This document shows, piece by piece, positions 24,549 to 40,092 of a DNA stretch of 64,000 nucleotides. The notes under the pieces are model-generated. The model was not told the origin of the DNA, made no database searches, and was given only the letters and a program-made list of their open reading frames with translations. Source of the stretch: Eledone cirrhosa (Eukaryota); contig OZ024743.1 of assembly GCA_964016885.1 (NCBI GenBank), forward strand, positions 128,588,001 through 128,652,000. Direction: 5' to 3'. The translations under genes were made by a program, and so were the position numbers. Every line of letters starts with the position of its first letter. The stretch's first letter is position 1.

Positions 24549-24725
24549 GGGAGAATCGGTAGAGGGTCGGACGCCATGCTTTCCAGCATAGTTACGTCCC
24601 TTTATGATCTGAGTTCAAATCCCGCCGAGGTTGACTTTGCCTTTCATCCTTACGGGGTCGATAAAATAAAGTACCAGTAATGCACTGGGTGATTGCTGGC
24701 CTTGTGCCTAAAGTAGAAACAATTA
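24549..24725 (+). mobile_element. Family M SINE
   Basis: GGTAGAGGGTCGGACGCC..GAGTTCAAATCCCGCCGAGG..GCCTTTCATCCTTACGGGGTCGATAAAATAAAGTACCAG..GAAACAATTA. Confidence 0.9.
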
Positions 24726-24831
24726 TATATATATATATATATATTATATATAATATATATATTATATATAATATATATATTATATATATATATTATATAT
24801 ATATATTATATATATATATATATTATATATA

Positions 24832-24871
<40 letters not shown>

Positions 24872-25011
24872 ATATATATATATTATATATAATATATATA
24901 TATATATATTATATATAATATATATATATATTATATATATTATATATAATATATATATATATTATATATAATATATATATATATTATATATAATATATAT
25001 ATATTATATAT

Positions 25012-25078
<67 letters not shown>

Positions 25079-25822
25079 ATTGTTTCTACTTTAAGCACAT
25101 ATATATATAACGCAACCTTTATGTATATAACCATCAAAGAATCGAAAGAACCTTGCTGTCCTCAGTTGGGGAGCTGTAGTTCTACAATTGAGTACATCCA
25201 TATTCTTTTCTACTCTTTTATCTTTATTTATAAGAGGGATAACAGGATTACTAGTTAAGCAACAACAATATCTCAACCGCAACATCTAGTCCTCTTTTTA
25301 AAAGCTGATCTGTCTCTCTTACTCTCTTCTGATTTATCTGTCTCATCTCTTGACTTCAAAATGTCACCAGTCCGTCACTTATTTTTTTTAATTTTCAGAT
25401 GTAACTATTTTCCATTTCTCAAGGTTCCTATTTCAATACCCACTCATTATAAAAATGGTATTTTTTTCCTACCGTTTTGTCAGTACCCATAACCTCTTTT
25501 GTTTTTCAGAGCTTCCATGTTGGTAGGAAGAAGGGAGAACGTTACCCTAAGCCCTGGGACCTGACTCTAATACTTGCAACAAAAATAACTTTTCTATAAG
25601 TACCCAAAGACCTGGTGTTGGTGTTTTGCCGGCGATGGATTAAATATACTAACGAAGTAAGGTTGCATCGATTAATTGGCAGATAATCGGAATCAGTCAT
25701 TTTGTCGATTAATCGATTTTGATAATTGACCATTATTGCATTGGAACAAGAAAACCATGGGTGACAAAGAAACTCGCTAAACACATTAGATTCAACATGA
25801 ATACACAAGAAATATTATTTCC

Positions 25823-25980
25823 CGGACGCCATGCTTTCCAGCATAGTTACGTCCCTTTACGATCTGAGTTCAAATCCCGCCGAGGTTGACTTTGCCTGTC
25901 ATCCTTACGGGGTCGATAAAATAAAGTACCAGTAATGCACTGGGTAATTGCTGGCCTTGTGCCTAAAATAGAAACAATTA
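25823..25980 (+). mobile_element. Family M SINE, 5'-truncated
   Basis: Near-identical to 24570-24725. Confidence 0.9.
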
Positions 25981-26239
25981 TTTCCTAGGCCGCACAATAT
26001 AAGTTCATTATTGTAATATAATTTTATTCCTCGTGTTCAAACACGTTGATCTACGCAACTGGAAATGATTTTGGATTGGCCAAGGACGTTATAGAGTAGA
26101 AGAAACTCTCCTTCCCTTTTGAAAGTATGTATTTAATTGATCTTTGAAAAGAGAATTTCAAAATTGCAAAAGTTCCGATTACAAGATTATTTAAAGGTAT
26201 TCGAAATATTTCCGTTAATAATGATTCCTGTTATTTTAT

Positions 26240-26525
26240 TTTTATGCATGCACGCCCTCGTGCGTTGCAGGCTAGCGCGATGATCCAGTACTTATCCTGG
26301 TTTCATTGCGTGCAGCGACTGAGCGTACAAGGCTCCTCCTGGACAGGACACAGGTCCATTGCAGAGTTAAACATCCAGCTATTGCTGGTACTCATTTTCA
26401 GCTGAGTATACTGGAGCAACGTGAAATAAAGTGTTTAGCTCAAGAACACACCACACAGCCCAGCCCAGGAATCGAACTCACGACATTATGATCGTAAATC
26501 CAACACGCTTACCACTAGGCTACGT
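26240..26525 (-). mobile_element. Family C-related SINE
   Basis: Minus strand carries A box AGCCTAGTGG, B box GAGTTCGATTCC and core TTCTTGAGCTAAACACTTTATTTCACGTTGCTCCAG. Confidence 0.75.
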
Positions 26526-26934
26526 TATTTTATTTTACTCAAACGAAAATTAAAATTTAACCATCAATTTTAAGAACTCGTAAATTATACTGAAACAGCA
26601 TCAAAATCTCTCCAATTTCCGATTTCTTTCAGATTCGTAGATGTTATCTCATATCTCATAAGCCTAATTTTCCTCTCAACAAGCAGCTCTATAACTGTGA
26701 TTAATTATGAAATATATATTAGAATTAATTATATATATATTAGAATTAATTAAAATACGCATTTTGATATCTCAATACACATTATATATAATTGGTCAGT
26801 TAGGTTATCTTTGCATCCCTACACCCTTAAACCTCAGAACACAAGGAGCCAAAACAAATACTACATGACATATCATCCGAAGCTCTAACAACTCTGCCTG
26901 TTCACCAACCTGAACTGGTATTTAATTTCATCGA

Positions 26935-26969
<35 letters not shown>

Positions 26970-27574
26970 GAAGCAAAGTTGACCTCGTTGGGATTGGAAC
27001 TTGAGTGTTTTTCCTCTACTCACTACAGTCTAGTGAGTATCCGTAAGAAGGCGCATCTTCCCGAGATAGAGTTTTCCCTGGTGACCCCCTCATCATTCAC
27101 ATTCTTTATCTTTAGAGCATTCCATAACTCCCTTACTCTCTCTCTCTCTTGCCAATCAACTAACTGTGAGTCTTTAACTCTTTATCTACCAGAGAAAACG
27201 AACATTAAATTATACAGATGATGCTGCCTATGGTATTCAAATATTTTTTTAAATAAACAAGCATTTGAATGGATTTAGTACTATAACTGACTTTCTTATT
27301 ATTAAGCTGGTATTTGGAACATAACTTCACAAAGATCTCACAAGTACTCAGGAGATAAAGAGACAAAACAAATACCGCAAGGTATCTTGTCCGACACTAA
27401 CAATTCCGTCAATCCATCGAATCTGAAAGAACGAAAGACAAAGTCGTCCTCCGTGGAATATGAATTCAGAGTACAGAGAGACTACAAATACTGTAAAGCA
27501 TGAACATCACACAGTTGCACTTGCCCTCCTTTTATAAATCTGAAAATGTTGTCTTAGTCAGGAATTGTTAGATG

Positions 27575-28093
27575 GGCGGAAAGCAGTGGAGTGGCAAAAA
27601 CGAGAGCAGACTTAACTAAATGCGATACGATATTTCGTTTCGCTCCTCTACGTTCAGAATTTGAATCCCTCCCCACCCTTGTTTCGACAAGTACTAATAA
27701 TTGTTTATATTTTTTGGCACAAGACCATCAATTACCCAGTACATTACTGGTACTTTATTTTATCAACCCCGTAAGGATGAAAGGCAAAGTTAACCTCGGC
27801 GGGATTTGAACTCAGATAATAAAGGGACGTAACTCTATGCATCAAAGCATGGTGTCCGACTCTCTAGTACTAATAATGGTTTCTTATATAGGCACAAGGC
27901 CAGCAATTGAGGGAGGGGAAAGTCGATTAAATCGACCCTAGTGCGTGACTGGTACTTTATTTTATCGACCCCGTAAGAATGAAAGGCAAAGTTAGCTTCG
28001 GCGGGATTTGAACTCAGATCATAAAGGGCCGTAACTCTATGCTGCAAAGCATGGCGTCCGACTCTCTACCGATACTGCCAATCCACCGCCCTC
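27575..28093 (-). mobile_element. Cluster of family M SINEs (two minus-strand copies plus an opposite-strand head)
   Basis: 27698-27866 and 27876-28093 match the family M consensus. Confidence 0.85.
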
Positions 28094-30357
28094 TACAAGT
28101 ACCAATAATAGAATGGGCTCCATCAGTTTCGAAGATGAGTGTTACAGTTTGATCAACGGAACAGCCATGTTCGTAAAAATTAACGAGCAAGTAGCTAAGC
28201 ATTCCACAGACACATGTACATATAACGTTATACGTTCCTGTTGTGAACAACTTAAAAGGGCGAGCCTTGTCACACACTATACCCCGTTGAATCTCCTTGT
28301 GAATTACTTTAAAGCTCTACGTGTCTGTTGAATTCTCAACCACTTATACGTTAACTTAATGAGCAGGTTGTTCCGTTGATCGAACAATTGGAACACTCGT
28401 CGTCAAAACCGAAGGAGGTTTATTCTAAGTGAGAAACAACGCAGTGCCAACATAAGTAAATTTACAAGGTACTATGTTAAACAATTGATAAACATCTCTG
28501 GTTTGACAGTTTTATCATTGGTGTAGTGTATGGATGTTGGTGAAGGAGTGAATAAAATAAAATCACTACAGAGAGAGAGAGAGAGAGAGCAAAACAAAGC
28601 TGTCAGAGTAACTAGAATATTTACCCAGTTAAATAACTACAATAGTTTAGGGTTTTTCGAAGGTTTATTTTTCTGATAAGCTCAGTAAATATATTTCCCT
28701 CGGGAGGACAGTTTTTATTGTCGTTGTTCATTTTTCGATGTTTTTATATTATTTGCTTTTATTACACAATTATAAGTAAGCTAAAAGGAAATAAAGAGCA
28801 AACTGTATATCGTAGGTTGGAAAGTGTAAACTCAGCTGCGCATCACGAACAAGATAGCTTGGGAGACCAGCTGGCGATATCTACTACATCAGCCAGTTCA
28901 CGTCATCGGGGTTCCTTCTTCAGACAGCATGCCTCCATCCTAATTTATTGCGAGGTGGAGAAGCTGTACGGGGCTGACTCATTGCCAGGCTTTAATGCTC
29001 TGAGTGCTTTAGAACATTCTGGGTAGTCCCTCTAATTTGCAATAATAAAAATGTATTGTTTTTGTTTTTTTTGTTTTTTTTTGCCATTGTTAAAATACAA
29101 TATTATATTGTCATACAAGTCTGCTATAGGAATTGGTCGTTGATATAGCTGTTGTTTAACCTCGGGTCAGACTCCAGTCCTGATCCAGCAGTCATATAAT
29201 CAAAAGTATTCCATATAATATTTTTCCTTACACCCTCCAACCAAACAACAAAGTACTACAAACCTAAACTAGTCAAAACACCACAAAAATACAATTACCC
29301 TGTTAATTAAAACCACAACAGGAAAACACTTTGTACTAGAGAACCTTTCAACGGGGATCTTAGTCTACACGGCAAAAAAGGTATGATACAATATCATTTT
29401 TCTTTATATAACCCTGCCCTAAATAGAACAAGCCTAAACTAGCCAAACACACACAAAAACATATATTTCCCAACATTGGAAGCCTTCCACATTTGCTGTC
29501 TGCAATGTATCCTTGGAATCACTTGGAAGGAAAAAAATCCCTCATACTAAAATTCTTAGGTGTGTGTATTCCATCAACGTTGAAACAATGATCATGAACC
29601 GCATTCTTCGTACAGAGCAGACCCGACTGCCAAGGATAGTGCTTATCGTAGGATAAGCACTCGCCAATGTGGTGGTCTTAGAAAGCGCTGAAAAAACAAC
29701 TGAAGCACATCACCTCTGTGTAATTTCTTCCAAAGATCTCGAAGGACTCGCTAAGAAGTTGTCATCAATAGTGTGTAACAGTACCAAGCTGAATGTACTA
29801 GGCAGCGGGTGTCAGTTCGTCACCAATTGTCAAATTCGGTCACTCAACAGTAATAAAGTGGTTTTTCATTCATGTCCGGATTGTTCCTGAATTTGTCTAT
29901 TACATAGTGGACTTGTATTGCATCAGAGTGCTCGACAGAAGCGTGGTCGTTGTATTTGATGGAGAGGGCAACGTCATCATCGAATCGATGGACATTTAGC
30001 AACTAGTAGTGTGTGTGTGTGTGTGTGTGTGCGTGTGCGTGTGTGTGCGTGTGTGCGCGTGTGTGCGCGTGTGTGTGTGTGCGTGCGTGTTAAATTATAT
30101 TTGATATGAGAAACTATTGTTAATATAAGAAATTAGTATTATCATACCAGAAACTATTTTTAATGCAATAAACTACTATTATAATGTCAGATACATTATT
30201 AATGTCAGCAACCAGTAACATAATGATATAGTGTCAGAGAATTTTTCATATATGAAATCACTATTATGATAACAAACTATTTTTAATGTAAGAAAAATAA
30301 AAAAAAAAGAACCATAATCATCATCTCTGTGTCATTATTATTATTATTACTATCTGT

Positions 30358-30550
30358 TGGGCGGTGGATTAGCAGTATCGGTAGAGGGTCGGACGCCATG
30401 CTTTGCAGCGAAGAGTTACGGCCCTTTATGGTCTGAGTCCAAATCCCGTCGAGGTTAACTTTGCCTTTCATCCTTACGGAGTCGATAAAATAAAGTACCA
30501 GTAATATACTGGGATTATTGCTGGCCTTGTGCCAAAAGTAGAAATAATTA
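30358..30550 (+). mobile_element. Family M SINE, full length
   Basis: GGGCGGTGGATTAGCAGTATCGGTAGAGGG head, Meta-like core and AAT tail. Confidence 0.9.
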
Positions 30551-30710
30551 TTACTATTGTTGTTGTTGTCAATGACACACAATCAGTGAACAACATACTT
30601 ATTTCTGCAATATTCTGCATCAGTTAAAAATTAGGTCGACAGACAGAAACAAAAATAAACGAGAAATAAAGAAAATGAGGAAAAGAAATTGAATAAGTTG
30701 TAGTGTTTGT

Positions 30711-30749
<39 letters not shown>

Positions 30750-30844
30750 AGTGACATGAAATATAAACTTCCTCACACTTTCTTTCAGGTGTTTATATAC
30801 AATACATATATATGTATATATATATGTATGTGAGTGTATATATG

Positions 30845-30893
<49 letters not shown>

Positions 30894-30954
30894 GAGTGTA
30901 TATATTTATATATATATATATATTTATATATATGTATGTGAGTGTATATATTTA

Positions 30955-31007
<53 letters not shown>

Positions 31008-31012
31008 GAGTG

Positions 31013-31057
<45 letters not shown>

Positions 31058-31062
31058 GAGTG

Positions 31063-31097
<35 letters not shown>

Positions 31098-31157
31098 GTA
31101 TGTGAGTGTATATATATATATATTATATATATATATATATGTATGTGAGTATATATA

Positions 31158-31221
<64 letters not shown>

Positions 31222-31345
31222 AGTATATATATTCATATATATATATATATATATATATGTATGTGAGTGTATATATTTATATTTATATATATATATATAT
31301 ATATAAATATATACATGTGAGTGTATATATATATACATGTGAGTG

Positions 31346-31420
<75 letters not shown>

Positions 31421-31484
31421 TTGAGTATTTATATATATATATATAAATACTCACACACACATATATAAATATATATATATATAT

Positions 31485-31529
<45 letters not shown>

Positions 31530-31541
31530 AGTGTATTTATT

Positions 31542-31591
<50 letters not shown>

Positions 31592-31635
31592 AGTGTATTT
31601 ATTTATATATATATATATGTTTGTGAGTATATATA

Positions 31636-31678
<43 letters not shown>

Positions 31679-31800
31679 GAGTGTATATATTTATATTTAT
31701 ATATATATATATATAAATATAAATATATACATGTGAGTGTATATATATATATATATATATATACATACATGTGAGTGTATATATATATATATATATATAT

Positions 31801-33097
31801 TCCAAACATGCAAGCACGGCCTAGAGTCAAAAGGACTTAAAATTAACCTGGCTAAGACCAAAGTACTAGTTTGTAGGAAAGAAAACAAGGCGGCGGTCCC
31901 TTCTGGGAAATGGTCGTGCTCGGTGTGTAGGAAAGGCGTAGGTAGAAACTCCATTTTATGTCCTAAATGCAAAGTATGGGTGCATAAAAGATGTAGTGGG
32001 ATCACAGGTAAGCTAACTAAGAACATAGATTTTACATGTGGCCGGTGCTCTGGTGCAATAAGTAGCAGCAAGTGCCCACAAAATACTAGCTCTTTCAATT
32101 GCGCAGAGGGTTCTATAGAAATAGTGGACAGCTTCCGTTACCTGGGCGATAAAATCAGCAGTGGGGGAGGGTGCTCTGAAAGTACTGTAGCTAGAGTCAG
32201 AACTGGTTGGAAAAAGTTCAGAGAGCTTATACCACTATTAGCTGCTAAAGGGTTCTCCCTAAAAATGAAAGGCAGGTTGTACGATGCCTGCATACGAACA
32301 GCAATGCTGCATGGCAGTGAGACCTGGGCATTGTGTGCAGAGGATATATGCAGACTAGAGAGGAACGAAGCTTGCATGCTCCGCTGGATGTGTAACAGTA
32401 ATATACGTGAACGGCAAAGCATAAACGAACTAAGGAAAAAATTAGAGATAAGAGGGATCAGATGTTGTTTACTCGAGAGAAGGCTACGTTGGTATGGACA
32501 CGTGATGCGCATGAAAGTCGATAGCTGTATAACAAAGTGCAGGGCAATAAAGATAGACGGTAGTCACGGAATAGGCAGACCTAGAAAAACCTGGGACGAG
32601 CTGATAAACTCCGACATCACACACTTACACCTCTCCAAGACAATGTCACTGGACCGAGACCTTTGGCGGTACTCAGTAACAGAGAAGACCCGCCTTACCT
32701 AAATATATAGTAAAACCTACTCCAGCCAGTAGGCATCTCTAACAAAATACACCCCGTCCCACCACCCCCACCCCCACCCCATCCACACCACCCCGTTCTA
32801 TGTAAAGTTATGTTGGTGCCGCGCCATCGAGGCCGAAACAAATGAGATCGTGTAGGTGTCACGACAAAAAAACACACAGTCCACGTTGTAATGTGGCCGT
32901 GTAGGCAACACGGTAAAAACCTCCCAGACCCACACTGTAAATGTGGTTGGTGTTAGGAAGGGCATCCAACTGTAGAAAACCTGCCAGACAGTCCTATGCG
33001 AGCAAGACAATCACTCTTGCCTCAAGTGGGACTACCCCCGTCCAAACCCATGCAAGCGTGGAACACGGACGTTAAACGTTGATGATGATGATGATGA
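31801..33097 (+). mobile_element. 5'-truncated RTE-clade LINE with 3' UTR and (GAT)n tail
   Basis: Open RT C-terminal frame; UTR homologous to 3190-3579; flanked by microsatellite. Confidence 0.92.
31803..32702 (+). CDS. RTE LINE ORF, C-terminal part (RT domains 6-7, PHD-like finger, thumb); no start codon
   Basis: [12 protein letters not shown]; CSVC..CPKC..HKRC..CGRC; VDSFRYLG; MLHGSETW; [11 protein letters not shown]; GRPRKTW. Confidence 0.88.
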   Translation, partial: QTCKHGLESKGLKINLAKTKVLVCRKENKAAVPSGKWSCSVCRKGVGRNSILCPKCKVWVHKRCSGITGKLTKNIDFTCGRCSGAISSSKCPQNTSSFNCAEGSIEIVDSFRYLGDKISSGGGCSESTVARVRTGWKKFRELIPLLAAKGFSLKMKGRLYDACIRTAMLHGSETWALCAEDICRLERNEACMLRWMCNSNIRERQSINELRKKLEIRGIRCCLLERRLRWYGHVMRMKVDSCITKCRAIKIDGSHGIGRPRKTWDELINSDITHLHLSKTMSLDRDLWRYSVTEKTRLT

Positions 33098-33251
33098 TAT
33101 ATATATATATATGTGTGTGTGTGTGTCAGTGTATTTATTTATATATATATATATATATTTATGTGTGTGTGAGTGTATATATTTATATATATATGTGTGT
33201 GTGAGTGTATATATTTATATATATATATGTGTATGTGAGTGTATATATTTA

Positions 33252-33312
<61 letters not shown>

Positions 33313-33437
33313 CAGTGTATTTATTTATATATATATATATATATTTATGTGTGTGTGAGTGTATATATTTATATATATATGTGTGTGTGAGTGTATATAT
33401 TTATATATATATATGTGTATGTGAGTGTATATATTTA

Positions 33438-33488
<51 letters not shown>

Positions 33489-33571
33489 GAGTATATATTA
33501 TTCATATATATATATATGTGAGTGTATATATTTATATATATATATATATCAATATAAATATATACATGTGA

Positions 33572-33710
<139 letters not shown>

Positions 33711-33714
33711 AGTG

Positions 33715-33754
<40 letters not shown>

Positions 33755-33864
33755 CACTCATATATATATATATATGTGTGTGTGAGTGTATATATTTATA
33801 TATATATATGTGTGTGTGAGTGTATATATTTATATATATATATATATGTGTATGTATATATTTA

Positions 33865-33916
<52 letters not shown>

Positions 33917-33926
33917 CGTGTGAGTG

Positions 33927-34018
<92 letters not shown>

Positions 34019-34028
34019 CGTGTGAGTG

Positions 34029-34359
<331 letters not shown>

Positions 34360-34629
34360 AGGCAAGCAAACAAAGCTACATTAGTATCTCGCAGTTAATT
34401 AATCAGTAATTTGAGACACCAATGTAATTATAGAAATGTTTTATGGTGGGGCGGGGCGGGGCGGCGCGCGGGATGGGGGTTCAGAAGCAGGAGAATGAAC
34501 ATTAAGAGGAAATGAAATGAGTAGAAGAGAATACACACTGAAGCGAAATATGTATTTAGTGTACATGCATAAAGTCAAAACAAAAGATATCCAACCAGCG
34601 TTTCTTCAATTTGTTTGACGTCGACTTCA

Positions 34630-34830
34630 TCGTGAAGTACTTAGCGTGTTGGACCCACGATCATAAGACCGTGCGTTTGATTCCTGGACCGGGTGATGCG
34701 TTATATTCTTGAACAAAATACTTTATTTCACGTTGCCCCTTCTGCTAGGCGTTGCGACTGCCAGATAGGGAGAGAAATAGAAAAAGCAGTGGAAACATCA
34801 TTTCCTTGGTTCGATCTGACGATGGGTCCT
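34630..34830 (+). mobile_element. Family C SINE, diverged
   Basis: TTCCTGGACCGGGTGATGCGTTATATTCTTGAACAAAATACTTTATTTCACGTTGC core. Confidence 0.65.
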
Positions 34831-36199
34831 TTCTTTTTCAACTTTTTTTATCATTAAGTTGAGAATAGCAATAATATTTAGTAAAGTTACGAAAAACTAA
34901 CACGAGACACTACATGTATGATAGAATAATAAATATTCATGCTAGAATGCTGTGTATATTAGAAGTAATAAGATTAATTTAATGTAGATTTAAGTAGCTT
35001 CTTTTTTATTAGAAACATTCGCTGCGAAAAGAAAGATGTCATCAGACGTTGTCCAACGTTCAACAGGGTTGAAACAAGGAACGTTGGACATCGTCTAATG
35101 ACATCAAATTCTCTTGGCCATGGCTATGTTGACCAAAGGTGAATGAATACGTGGCATCTTCTTTAAAATGCAATCATACTCAGGTTCTACTATGAATATT
35201 TATTATTTCATCTACCCACAGAAATTGTAGGAAACCTAGATGCTCCAACCATTGAACTAAACGGGGATTGTTAGCGGCCATTTACCTCAATGGATTACAG
35301 TCGGTCAGTCGGTGTCTGAGAGAGGCTGGGTTTGATTCCTTGTGGCGGCGCTAGCTACTTTTTCCGTCTATGGGGGCATTTTCTTCTATTTCCTAAATAT
35401 TTATAACAAGCAGCTGTTTATAGTTGTTTTCTGCATTTCAGTAGGTTTCATAACTCCTCAACGCTTCGAGAGTTCGATACTTTGCATACAATAGTATTTA
35501 TTATTTAATTAATTGATTAAGTCGCCAAATCTATGTACGTCATACAAACTAGATTGACCATTTCAGTTATACAGTATTCTATATCGTGTATGACATACAT
35601 AATGTGCCCCAGCATGGCAGCAGTCCAATGAATGAAAGCAACAATAAGATAAACTGATAATATTTTTCCATATACAGAATCAAGAGTAGTTATCTTCTGT
35701 CGAGGAAATGCATAATGGCAAACCCAAATGTTTTACTTTTACTGTATGCAAAGGAATAGTGGAAAGTCTTTACACTTCACTTTCTTCGCAGCGAAGGCTT
35801 CTAATTAAAAATCTGTACCTTAGATCTTCTAATACATATGTGTGTGTGTAATTAATATGTAACGAGTGAATTCATGCAACGATGAACATTTTATCGCAAA
35901 TAAAGAAATATATTTACAAGAAGAAAATTAGGTATGGAATTAAAATAACCGAGTTTGCATTTGCAATTTGATACATATAGGTGTGTGTGAGAAAATGGGA
36001 GTGTGTTTAGTGCATACCCAGGGTGCATTGTTTACTTTTAAGTTGATGGGATTGACTATCACATAGATACTGCTTGAAAGTACCTGAAAATATAATTTAA
36101 ATTACTTATCAGTAAGTTCCTCCCCAAATGAACTAAATATGAATAAAAGGAAAACAATGAATTACAGTAGTAACACCTATACTTATATATATATATATA

Positions 36200-36733
36200 C
36201 AGGTAAAATTTCGTTATAACGAAAACAATTAAAACGAATTTCCATCAATCTACGAGGTAATAACAAACAAACGCGCGATTTATTTCGGTCGATATTGTTA
36301 TGAAGAATTTTTCGTTACGACTAATTTTTTTTTGTACCCCGTGAATATTGATTGTTATAACGGAATTTCACTGCTGTCCCCCGGTGTTCGCCAGGGTTAT
36401 ATTCCTTGGGCACCCACAAAGAGTAAAAAACTGCGAATATCGAATGTGGACCATTAAATTGCCAATAAACGTCAAAATATAGCGTGAAATATAATTTTAA
36501 AAAAAAGAGGGAGTGTCTTATGATAAGGGGCGTACGTTAGGCCAGCAGAAACGGTATATTGTTAATAATTTAGCGTTTAAAATATATATATTGTCACGAA
36601 ACAAGCCATGAAGAAATCGCAGAAGATATTTAGGATTCCGCGAATATGCGGTGGTTTCCTCGAACAATTATCAGTTAGGTTCTAAGGTAAATTCCAAAAA
36701 TAACCGGCACCGCGAATGCCGGTGGTACACTGT
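36200..36733 (+). mobile_element. Two adjacent pogo/Tigger-like MITEs (36200-36373 and 36374-36733)
   Basis: TIR-like ends (GTTATAACGGAATTTCACTG; CGCGAATGCCGGTGGTACACTG-TA); relatives at 16693, 53610-53933 and 59543-59715. Confidence 0.7.
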
Positions 36734-36747
36734 ATGCATATATATAT

Positions 36748-36790
<43 letters not shown>

Positions 36791-36874
36791 TCCATATATA
36801 TATATATACGTATATATATATATATAGACATCCATATATATATATAGACATCCATATATATATATATATATATC

Positions 36875-36928
<54 letters not shown>

Positions 36929-37203
36929 CATACATATATATATATATATATATATACATCCATACATATATATATATATATATATATACATCCATACATA
37001 TATATACATACATACATATACATACATATATATATATACAGACATACATATACATACATATATATATATACAGACATACATATACATACATATATACATA
37101 CATACATATACGTACATATATACATACATACATATACGTACATATATACATACATACATATACATACATATATACATACATATATATATACATACATATA
37201 TAT

Positions 37204-37482
37204 ATGGTGGCTGGCAACTCGTTTTCGACTACGGCCACTACTTTATATCCATGTAGGAGAACCCCTACTGATGCGCTGAACGAGTGTCACTTTTTAGTCC
37301 AGCCAGCGACTTGAAAACTCTGGTACAAACACTACACTTGTGACAATTATTGACACTGGTAACATGTATCCCAGTACAACCTGTCCCATGGTCGGGTCGT
37401 TGGCGACTAAACTGGCAACCCCACCAAGGTTTCTTGGTGAAGAGGGTGACTTTGGACATCCTGCAGGACTAAAAACAAAACA
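37204..37482 (-). mobile_element. RTE-like LINE 3' end (C2H2 family) joined to a distinct 5' segment
   Basis: 37204-37357 is the reverse complement of 7870-8024; 37358-37482 is a different, GC-richer sequence. Confidence 0.8.
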
Positions 37483-37525
37483 TATATATATACATACATA
37501 CATATATACATATATATATATATAC

Positions 37526-37711
37526 ATGGTGGCTGCCAACTCGTTTTCGAGTACGGCCACTACTTTATATCCATGTAGGAGAACCCCTACTGATGCGCTG
37601 AACGAGTGTGACTTTTTAGTCCAGCCAGAGACTTGAAAACTCTGGTACAAACACTACACTTGTGACAATTACTGACACATAGTGGTAGGCCCATGGTACC
37701 ATGTGACGACA
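37526..37711 (-). mobile_element. RTE-like LINE 3' end (C2H2 family)
   Basis: Encodes [25 protein letters not shown]; matches 7840-8024. Confidence 0.85.
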
Positions 37712-37773
37712 TACATATATATATACATACATACATACATATATATACATACATACATACATATACATACATA

Positions 37774-37805
<32 letters not shown>

Positions 37806-38184
37806 CATACATATATATACATACATACATACATATATACATATATACATACATACATATATATATATATACATACATATATACATACATACATACATAT
37901 ATATATATACATATATACATACATATATACATATATACATACATACATATATATACATATATACATACATACATATATATATACATATATACATACATAT
38001 ATATATATATACATATATAAATACATATATATATATACATATATACATACATATATATATATATATATACATATATACATACATATATATATATACATAT
38101 ATACATACATATATATATACATACATACATATATATATATATAAACATACATACATACATATATATACATACATACATACATAT

Positions 38185-38215
<31 letters not shown>

Positions 38216-38237
38216 CATACATATATATATATATACG

Positions 38238-38303
<66 letters not shown>

Positions 38304-38920
38304 CATACATATATATATACGTACATACATTTATATATACGTACATACATTTATATATACGTACATACATATATATACACATACATACATATATATATGC
38401 ATACATACATATATACATACATATATATATGCATGCTTACATATATATGCATACATACATATATATATACATACATATATATATATACATACACATATAT
38501 ATACATACACATATATATATACATACACATATATATACATACATATATATATACATATATATATACATATATATACATACATATATACATATATATATAC
38601 ATACATATATATATATACATATATATATACATACATATATATATATACATACATACACACATATATATATATACATACATATATATATATAAATACATAT
38701 ACATATATATATATATACATATATATACATATATATACATATATATATATATACATACATATATATACACATACATATATATACACATACATATATATAT
38801 ATATACATACACATACATACATATATATATACATATATATATATACATACATATATATATATATATATACATACAGATATATATACATACATATATATAT
38901 ATATATACATACATATATAT

Positions 38921-38957
<37 letters not shown>

Positions 38958-39050
38958 CATACATATATATATATATATATACATACATACATATATATAT
39001 ATGCATACATACATATATATATATGCATACATACATATATATATACATAC

Positions 39051-39294
39051 ATGGTGGCTGCCAACTCGTTTTCGAGTACGGCCACTACTATATATCCATG
39101 TAGGAGAACCCCTACCGATGTGCTGAACGAGTGTGACTTTTTAGTGCAGTTAGCGACTTGAAAACTCTGGTACAAACACTACACCTGTGACAATTATTGA
39201 CACATAGTGCTGGGCCCATGGTACCATGTGATGACAAGTGCAGAGAGATCTCCAGATATAAAGCAATGCCTGTGCCGTCAAGCTTTTATAGTGA

Positions 39295-39296
<2 letters not shown>
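39051..39296 (-). mobile_element. RTE-like LINE 3' end (C2H2 family)
   Basis: Reverse complement of 7779-8024. Confidence 0.85.
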
Positions 39297-39364
<68 letters not shown>

Positions 39365-39503
39365 CATATATATATACATACATATATATATACATACATA
39401 TATATATACATACATATATATATACATACATATATATATATATATATATACATAGATATATATATATACATAGATATATATATACATACCTATATATAGA
39501 TAG

Positions 39504-39560
<57 letters not shown>

Positions 39561-39673
39561 TATACATATATATATATATACATACATATATATATATAAA
39601 CATACATATATATATATATACATACATATATATATACATACATATATATATACATACATATATATATATATAC

Positions 39674-39717
<44 letters not shown>

Positions 39718-39721
39718 CTAT

Positions 39722-40023
39722 CTAAGGCGGGTAAAATTCCCGAGATCCATGGACGAGTTCTCTCCAGCGGTCTCTGTCCCTCATTATCACTGCCATGTCC
39801 TGCGTCTCCAACAGACCAGTGTCTGTCCTTAGGGTATCAACATACGTTAACCTTGGTCTTCCTCTTCTAGTGTGTCCATGTAGGGGCTCCCTACATGGAC
39901 ACACTAGAAGACCTGAAAATCCGCCTCTTCATTGCTGTAGTGGAGTCTGTGCTGCCGTATGGGTCTGAGACTTGGACACTGACCAAGATAGATATATATA
40001 CATACATACATATATATATATAT

Positions 40024-40092
<69 letters not shown>

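Larger units (their letters stand above)
22015..25078. repeat. Large compound (TA)n/TAT/TCA microsatellite field with embedded elements
   Basis: Direct reading. Confidence 0.95.

Noticed and set aside
25380-25620. Polypyrimidine-CAG acceptor sites suggesting host exons
   Set aside because: No convincing reading frame or matching donor; such motifs are common in AT-rich DNA.
29480-30000. Possible old LINE RT remnant on the minus strand (FDDDVAL-like)
   Set aside because: Too degenerate to support by eye; needs a TBLASTN or HMM search.
35272-35355. tRNA-like fragment
   Set aside because: Boxes are degenerate and no cloverleaf can be built; at most an old SINE head.
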